DNA of 64,000 nucleotides from Botryllus schlosseri. Its lineage: Eukaryota. A model generated the notes under the pieces. That model ran no database searches and was not told the DNA's origin. It was given only the letters and a program-made list of their open reading frames with translations. The stretch is from contig CM119372.1 of the NCBI GenBank assembly GCA_051294905.1, forward strand, positions 15,750,001 through 15,814,000, written 5' to 3'. This document shows positions 50,801 to 59,800 of the stretch, one piece after another (the first letter of the stretch is position 1; every line of letters begins with the position of its first letter). The position numbers and the translations under genes are program-made.

Positions 50801-53800
50801 TTTCAAGGCGTTCGATAAGCCCGGTAACCCTAATTTATCAAGATATCAATTCATTAGGGTTGAGTAGGTGACGAGATAGCGTCGTTGTTCAACTGTGTGG
50901 CCTAATTAATCTCGATATTGAATTCATGCGGTCCGCGTCCTCTAAGAAATTTGAAAAGTTGCCCGCGATCCGTTTTGAGTTGGCGACCCCTGGTACCAGC
51001 TGTGTCTTACTAGGCTTACCATACGTCCTCTTTTAAGAGGATTTGTCCACTTTTTATACATTTTTGAGAGTGTCCTCGGATGACGCCCAAATGTCCTCCT
51101 TTTTGAGATTTTGTCCTCTTTTTTGAGAATTTTGATTTAATATATGGTAAAATCGACTGAGATACAGTATATTAACACTGAAGTAACGCTCCAGCGGCTA
51201 TTTCGGGAGACGAGCCGGAAAGTGGACTTATTTTTTTAGTCAACCAACTGATAATGTGAAAAGAAAAAATGTATTTTGTGCGCTGAGCGAGAAACTTGAC
51301 CATTCTTTTTTTAGTCAACCGACCACGAAGTGGGAAAAATTTAACATTCTTTAAGGATTTTCCTCCAGTTTTGCAAGTCTGAAAATTTTGAAAAAGTGTC
51401 CTCTTTTCAGATTTCCAAAATATGGTAACCCTACGTCTTACAAAAGCCGGTTAGTGTGCCGTGCTACAAGTCGGCGGTTACGGGATGAAAAATAAGAAAT
51501 ATCAGCTTGGTGTAAATGACCATTGTAGTCGACAAACACCATGATTAGGCCTACCACCAACGACATTAGGGTTGAGTAGGCCTACATCGTAAATGCCGAT
51601 AATGCAAGTCATCTCGCTTCGACGAACTTACGCGTAAGCTTCACTCTCGCACGCTGCGCATTAGGGCTCTTCAAAAATGACTTTTTTCTCAAATCGTACT
51701 GGCTACTTGATAAAATTGTTAGGTTACCTAATTTAAGCCTACACACAAAATTTGGTTCAATTCCAGCCAGTAACCGCTTTGCTACAAGAGAAGAAAGTTT
51801 CTAATTATTATATAAAAATAAATAATAAAAAATTTGAAAATTTTCTGTTCACCCCATGAAAGTGTTAGGCTGTCTATAGAAACGATCCTCACCAAATTTG
51901 GTTCAATTCCAACCAGTGGATGCGGAGTTATTGCCGTCGAAAAATTTGGATTTGAATAAAATAGTATTTACGGTGAGCACAACTATGATAAATAAACAAA
52001 GAATCGGTCACCGTAAATACTATTTTATTCAAATCCAAATTTTTCGATGGCAATATCTCCGCTTCCACTGGTTGGAATTGAACCAAATGTGGTGAGCATC
52101 GTTTCTATAGGCAGCCTAACACTTTCATGGGGTGAACAGAAAATTTTCAAATTTTTTATTGTTTATTTTTATATAATAAATATAAACTTTCTTCTCCTGT
52201 AGCAAAGCGGTTACTGGCTGGAATTGATCCAAATTTTGTGTGTAGGCTTAAATTAGGTAACCTAACAAATTTATCAAGTAGCTTGTACGATTTGAGAAAA
52301 AAAGTCATTTTTGAAGAGCCCTACTGCGCATACACGTAAATTATAACATACAGTCACTAATTTTGGACGTAGTAAGCAAGTAGTGGGAAATCTCGGCAGA
52401 CTGGGATCGCGGGCCACATTATCATGTAAGACGGAAAATTCTCCGCGGGCCAGACAAAATCCCTTCCCGGGCCGGATCCGGACCGCGGGCCGTATGTTGC
52501 CCGCCCCTGGCTTTACCGCGACCTTAGGAGTTTAGCAGAAAAATCTAGTACCAGACCAACCTTAATGTGATATGCATGGTACACTGCTACAGGGGCGGGC
52601 ACATTTTTCATCAATAGGACATAGCATCGTAACAACATTGATTGGCCTGTCACTGATTGGACATGACAGCGAACACAGCTCGCTTGGAAACGTCCGAAGC
52701 CACCACAGAATATTCATCATTGCGCGATTAAAAATGGTGCAGACACAGCGATATGTCTAGTGCGGTAGCGACCTATAGTTTTCGAATCACCGCCGTAACC
52801 GTCGGCGTTGCCAGCTGCAGATTACCGGTTGGTGGGATTCCTTGCTTGAAACGCTAAGTATGACAAAATTAAAAATGTTTGGCGCGCCAGTTGGTAACAG
52901 TTTCACATTGCATTACATTTTGGCACGCTCATTATAAAAGGTTGTCGGCCGCTGGTCTATGCCAACGATGATATCGTGCGCACCAGGCTAAGCAGATGCG
53001 ATTGTGCACTGTACAGGCCCGCGATGGTATAGTGCGCATCAGGCCTATTGGAGATGCGATTCTTCAACCCAGCGGATCTAGGCTTGTTGGAGACGCGATA
53101 AGTATGGTCAGCGAAGATTTTCTAGTGCGCGGCAATAAATGACTTAATTTCGCATTAAGATCGCACTGCGTTATATCACGCTAATTGGCTACACGCTTCT
53201 CGCTAAGTGGCCGCTGCTAAGCGCCACACTGATAGTATGACTTATTGAATGGCAACTGAAAATTAGTGTAAAAATGGCCATTTCAAAACAACGGGCTTGT
53301 GCATTTCAAAAGGAGAGGGTTTCGCCCCCCGAATAACCCCTGGCTACGCGCCTGGTGCCGTTCGTCCCCATCTACGGCTCATTTACATAAGAGTCCGACT
53401 AGCGGTAGCTATAGTAAAATAACATAGTGTAAATTAATAGATACGTCTCGAGGTCATACCGGCTGTGAATCGCACAATATCCTATACAGGACTGAGTTCG
53501 CTAAGGAGAGGGTGTCGGATTTTATCCGAATCGTTTGCATGGGGGTAAATGGTGAAATGATCCGCAGATACGAATCTCTAATCGTGACGCCACAGTTGAT
53601 TGGCATTGGTATATGACTCTTTGGGAAGTTTCATTTCAAATGTATGGGCAATATGGATCATGGATGTTTTGACGATTAAGGTTCCCGATTCTGCATTAGA
53701 CTACACACAGCGATTAATGTACGAAAATATAAATGGAAGGATAGAAAGCTATCACTTCTCGATAGTTGGTGACATCCCCATACCAACCATGCCTGATCTG

Positions 53801-56800
53801 ACCACCCGGAACGCGAGCGCTCAATAATTAAGCTGAATTGCCAATCACATAGAACAACACAAATTCTTGAATTACAGATCCATGCGCTCTGATACTCTGC
53901 CCCGAAGGAACTATTTGCAAGAATGGAGAATGTGTTGGTAAGTGCTTTATGGCATATATTACATTTATGGATGATAAGGAAATGTCTGCACTATGCATAG
54001 AGTATAGAACAATAGACTATAGTAGTGTGCATCATATTCATGTGACTGCATACAAGCAGAATGATACCGATGTCTGATATGGAGCTGATAAAGTATCGAA
54101 AAAGGAGAGTTGGAGAGAGAGAAAGAAAATGAGAGAGACTTTATTTTTGTCTGCACCATCGAGGTGTGTTGGCGATAGAGAGGAACCAACAGAGAAGATG
54201 AGAGAGTTGAATCAAAACAAGGATGCCATGCTCAGCATATTCTGATCTTGTAGCTTTGCACGATCTATGAGCACGAGCAGTAAACCCTTGGCAGATTTTT
54301 TAGTAGCCTACTGCAACGTCCATTCGTCGTGTAAAGTACAGAATAGTCCGTTGATGATCTACAAGTTATAATATAATAATATAATATTATAGCATGATCA
54401 ATACAGGAAGGAAATTACATACGGTACACGCACTCTTTTCAGGCATATGTCCAGAACCCAAAGTATTCAAAGGCTGCTCAACAAGCTGCCCCAAAACTTG
54501 TGAAAATAGATTCGACCCACCGCGACCGTGCCCGGCTGTCTGTAGACCCGGAGTGAAATGCGTCTGCCCAGATGGATACGTGGAGAGGAGCAGCACGGAT
54601 TCAACTTGTGTGAAAGAATCCAGATGCCCAGGTATAAACTCTCACCAGCGATCATAGTGACACGCAAAGGGGAGTTCTGCTATTACTGACATAACATGCG
54701 TTGGTAAGACTATTATATATATATTGATTCATGCATTTAAGTATGAACAGAATGAAAAAAAGACTTCTCGATTGTCTGGTGACATCACCTTATACATCAA
54801 AGATGGAATTACCAAAATGTATTTTTCGCGGGAAATGTCCATCTGATATCAGTTTTGCGGGAAGAGATCCTTCGAGAGCGTCTATTATTAAACTAATGTG
54901 ATGCTCGCATGGCACAAAACTACTAAACTTTTGATTGTTATATGATAAAGTGTTACTGGTTGGAGTTTTTATTATTTTTTCTTCACTTATTAATTCACTC
55001 ACTCTAATTTTCAGAAAGATGCCCCAAACCTAAAGTTTACGATTCCTGTCCCACAAACTGCCCTGCCACCTGCGAAAATATAAACGATCCACCTCGTATA
55101 TGTGCAACTGTTTGTCGACCGGGCGTAACATGCGTTTGTCCAAGAGGATATGTAGAGAAAAGTAGCACCGATTCCACATGCGTCAAACGCTCTAAATGCC
55201 GAAAAGGTGGGCAATTTATAGAACAATAATTCCAGTGCTTTTAGATAGAGCGCAGAAGTTAAATCTACAGTCATACGGCCGCATGCAGCCAGAGAATGCA
55301 TTCTACGTCTCTCTATGCCAGTGGTTCTCAAAATTGGGGCGTGAAAGCATCTTGAGGGGGTGCGAAGCCGACGAAGAGGAGTCACGTTTCTTGAACTCGG
55401 AATGAGAAAAAATTGGGCTGAAACCTCCATATTTCAACAGCGGCAATAACCCAAATTATATTACGATATAAATGTCATAGTGGCATCATAGCCATCCATA
55501 CTGCGATGCTAGATTTTTACTGATACCGGACCTTGCACCGACTAGAAGATATCTCTGAATCAAGAGTAGTTGGTCAACGTGTGTAGCTGTTAACTGACTC
55601 TTGTGTCTGTCTCCGCGTAGTGCGTAGAACGACACAAAGCTATATAGGGAGAAATAATATATTTCCTTGTAAGGTCATATCAAACGCCATTTGAAATATG
55701 ACTTTTGCATCCAAGAACAAGGATTTCAATCGAAGTGGCTTAAAAGGTCGAAGTAACCCATGCGAGTATATTCAATTGGAAATTTTTTATAGAATGCCAC
55801 TCTATAATAGAGTCGCATCTTATGGCAGCCCAAAAGTACTCAATTGAATTATTCTCTGGCCGAACACCTGCGACATGGATTTGTCCCGCGTAGAATTTCC
55901 AAGTCTAAATGGCGTCCGACACGGGCCATCAGTTTTCGATTCAGCTTATAATCAGGTACATTTGAACATTTGACAAAATATTAAACTGAAAAAATTTTTC
56001 GCGCTTGGGGCTAGTTACCTCCATCTCTTAGATATTGCTCTGTTTATAGTCAGAATTTCACATATGAAAAGTCTCTCAACAGTCATAACTAGGGCAAGTT
56101 TTTGTTGCACTAAAATCGGGTGGAAGTTGCATTTAATTTAGAAAAAAGTTGCAGTAAAAAGTTGCATTCATAATTTTTGTTGAATAGGTAGGATGTGAGA
56201 TACTCGAAAGGTTCTGTTGCATAACTTACTGTTCCTGCAGAGCTGTCAAATTCGTTTCTTTGTCATTTCACTGAAATTATATTTTTCCCGGCACACATCA
56301 GCAGGAAAATTACGCAATGCAGGAATAATTTCAACCCAAAAAGTCAAACAGCTTATCGATAACCCATCCTCCTAAAACAAATCAAGTAACTCATCCCAAA
56401 CCTCCTAAGTCTGCAAACCTGACCCAAGGAGATCAAGGAGAAATCATTCTTGGCGACTTTAACAAATCAATACCCCGAATAGGGGACCCAGTGAAAATGC
56501 AATTTTCAGCGGTCTCGCCTGGGCATCCGTGAAATGGGGATCTCAAATTTAGACGACAGAATTAGTAAAGTGATCTATTTACATATTGATCGGACACGGA
56601 CGTGCTTTGGCAGGAGTAATTGAACTTCTTGCTTGCAAGCCATTGTGTCATAGATAACACAGTGAGATGCAGCTAACCCATCATAGCTCTTTGTTGTGCA
56701 AATCAAAGAGAATAGAACCATGTTAGAACTAGTTTATAGCATTTTTAAATCACTCCTTTTAATTTTGGCGCAATATTCGATGAAAGTTGCAGTAAAAGTG

Positions 56801-59800
56801 GGTTTGAAAAATAGAGAAAACTTGCACTATTACATCCCTTGAAACATCTAAAAACATAATTCTACATAGATTCTGAGTATCTAGGAAGCTGTTGGAAGCT
56901 GTATAAACAGTTGTAAGAGTTGCAAAAACATGTCCTAGTCATAACTTTCCATGCCCTTAAACTATGCGCTGGGATTGCAAACTTTCTAGTCGCTCCTTAG
57001 TTATGATATGACGATGGGGGGGGGGGGGCGGGCGAATCATTTTAGTATTATCAAGGGGAGCGTATTTGACAAAAAGTTTGAGAACAACTGCTCTATGCGA
57101 TTCAAAATTAGTTTAGTTCACAATCAAGCCTATACATATTCACGACATAGTAAATATTTGTGAGTCAAGCGTCCGTCGTCTTCAGTAATTTTGTTTTTCT
57201 GTTGATGGAAAGATGGAATGTACGATATACATAATTTCCAATAAAAATATTTTATCTGGTATCAGTATTGCGAAAAAATATGTTGTGATGTGCGGATGCC
57301 CCAAATCTACGAAACGTGACATTGTTATGGAATGATTTTCACGGATTCATTGTTTTATATATATTTTTATCTATTTCTTCATTTATTTATTTATTCATTT
57401 ATTTTCACAGAGCTAAGTAACAATATTCCTTATTTCAGTTCCAGTTTGCCAACAACCAAAGGTTACGGGACCGTGCAAGGCCCGCATACCGAAATTCTTT
57501 TTCAACGCACGGACCGGGAAGTGCGAAAAATTCTATTACGGTGGCTGCCAAGGAAATGAAAATAAATTTGACAGTCGCAGAGAATGCGAAGCGGCATGTA
57601 TGTGATAATGTAGTATTAAAGAGCTAGTGGAGTATAATGTATTCATTGAATGTACGCCTCTAGCACCCATCATCCATTGCAGGGACGGGCAGCATGCGGC
57701 CCGCGGGATTTTAAGCTGCCCGCACAGAGTCTCCGGTCTTCCATGATAATGTGGCCCGTGGCCGAAGAAAGGTGGCCACGAAACTGCTTATTTTGTTAGG
57801 GTTTTCATTAGGGTTGTTCAGATTTGAAAAATGTAAGGAAACTACGATGCTTGTGACCCAAATGATGGTTTAGTACATAAAAGCACTTTAATTAGCACTT
57901 TTGGTCATCTTCATCGCGATCTTCTATATCAGAAAAGCCCCCAAAGATCCACGGGGCGATTCTCCTTACTATTGGATCTGTAATGTTGACCATGTCACCG
58001 GTTTATAGCTTTTGTGAAGTTCGCATTTCCTATCGTTAGGTTATGATACAATATACATTACTTCGTTCGTTTTACCATATGTTAAGTTATTATGGCGACA
58101 CAATGACGACCCATTCAGTAACAACCGACAATAAACTCACTTCAGGCCGGCCCAGCTTCCTATAGTTGTCTTTACATCGGTAAAATATCATCCATCTTGT
58201 CGCCTTCTGTTAGCGGTGCGAGTCCTTCCACAAATTATTTGCTGCCCGACTAAAAGGTTTTTTGCTTTCATTTTCTATTGTTTTGCGGTGTACCTTTATG
58301 AAGTGTGTTACACAGTAATGCAGTATATGAGCAGTATTTGTTGAATCGTTCGGTATCGAAATACCGTACAATACAGCTAACATACGGGTAACTTCTATGC
58401 GTATTATGCGATGAGTGTGACTTACTGCAGAATATCGTCATTGAAATTCATATATTACGCATCCGAACGGTATTTTTATTGCGCTGTCGGCCTTTAAGTA
58501 TGATCATGAAACAAATATTAAACGATTATCTGCTTAATTCGGACAATGCGGATACTCCGCTCAATTCGGTCAAAATCCTGAGCGAAGTCGAAGTGTCAGA
58601 AATATGCGGCTCGACTGTACTGTATACTGACTCCGTGTCAATGAAATTAGTAGGAATACAGAATTCAAAGTCAACGCTGCCTATGGGAAAATTTCGAGTT
58701 CAATCCATTGTTATTGATTGCCATTTTAATACGCGTATAAAAATATGGCGTTTGACATATATAGCTTAAAAGTCACTCGCAAAAGTGACAATTTTGGGAA
58801 AGTTACTACCTCGATAATATATCTCCTTATATTCATTTGCGATTGTATTTCGACATCCATTGCGATCTTTCTACTTGCATCAAAATCCATCAAACTTTCC
58901 ATAAACACTGCTACTAATACTTATATATAGGCAATCTCTGCAAGCTTGACAAGGATGCTGGCCCGTGTGACGGCGATTATCGACGATATTACTACAACGC
59001 GGAAACCGGTGACTGCGAGGAATTTTCGTACGGAGGTTGTCCGGGTAACGCAAACCGATTCACCACCCTCAGAGAATGCAGAAAAGAATGTGCAGGTGTG
59101 AATTCTTATCAGTGTTTTCTCATTTTATGATAAATCATCGCGGTGATTTTGATAATTTGCTAGAACTGGGGGTGGATGGGAGTTTCCCCACATATACAGC
59201 ATTATGTGCATCAACATTGACATTATACCTAACAAATCATCAATATCCCTTTTCGTATATTAGTTTTATTTAAACCTGCACCTTGCAATCGCAGATCCTT
59301 GCATTCTGAAGTTTTGTCCGATCGGAAGGATCTGCAAAATGGGACAATGCGTCAGTAAGTGAAAGAGTTTATTATTAATATTATTATTATGGACAGATGC
59401 CTGAGAAATATCATTCCGAAAACTCACCCACTGATATCGTCCGTAATCCAACCAGCATGGTCCAGTTTTACCGTAATGTGAAAATACCATCCGATAATGT
59501 TTGGTATTTCCATCACCTAAAATGATTATTTTTACGAACGCACCGACTAGTCACAATTCACGACAGTCAAGACACTTATCATTTGCCGACATCAAGCTAT
59601 TATCGAAGGTCGGTGGCATATAAAGAGAATACCTATATTTTAATTGGCCACAATTTAAATTATATAAGAGCGTGTGGCTACTGAGGTATCAAATGCATGA
59701 TTGCACAATGCACATATTTTCCGACCCCACGAAATTGATGCTTTTGGGCTTTAGGACCACGGTTTCTGATGGATGGTAATCATATAGATCACAAGACAGG

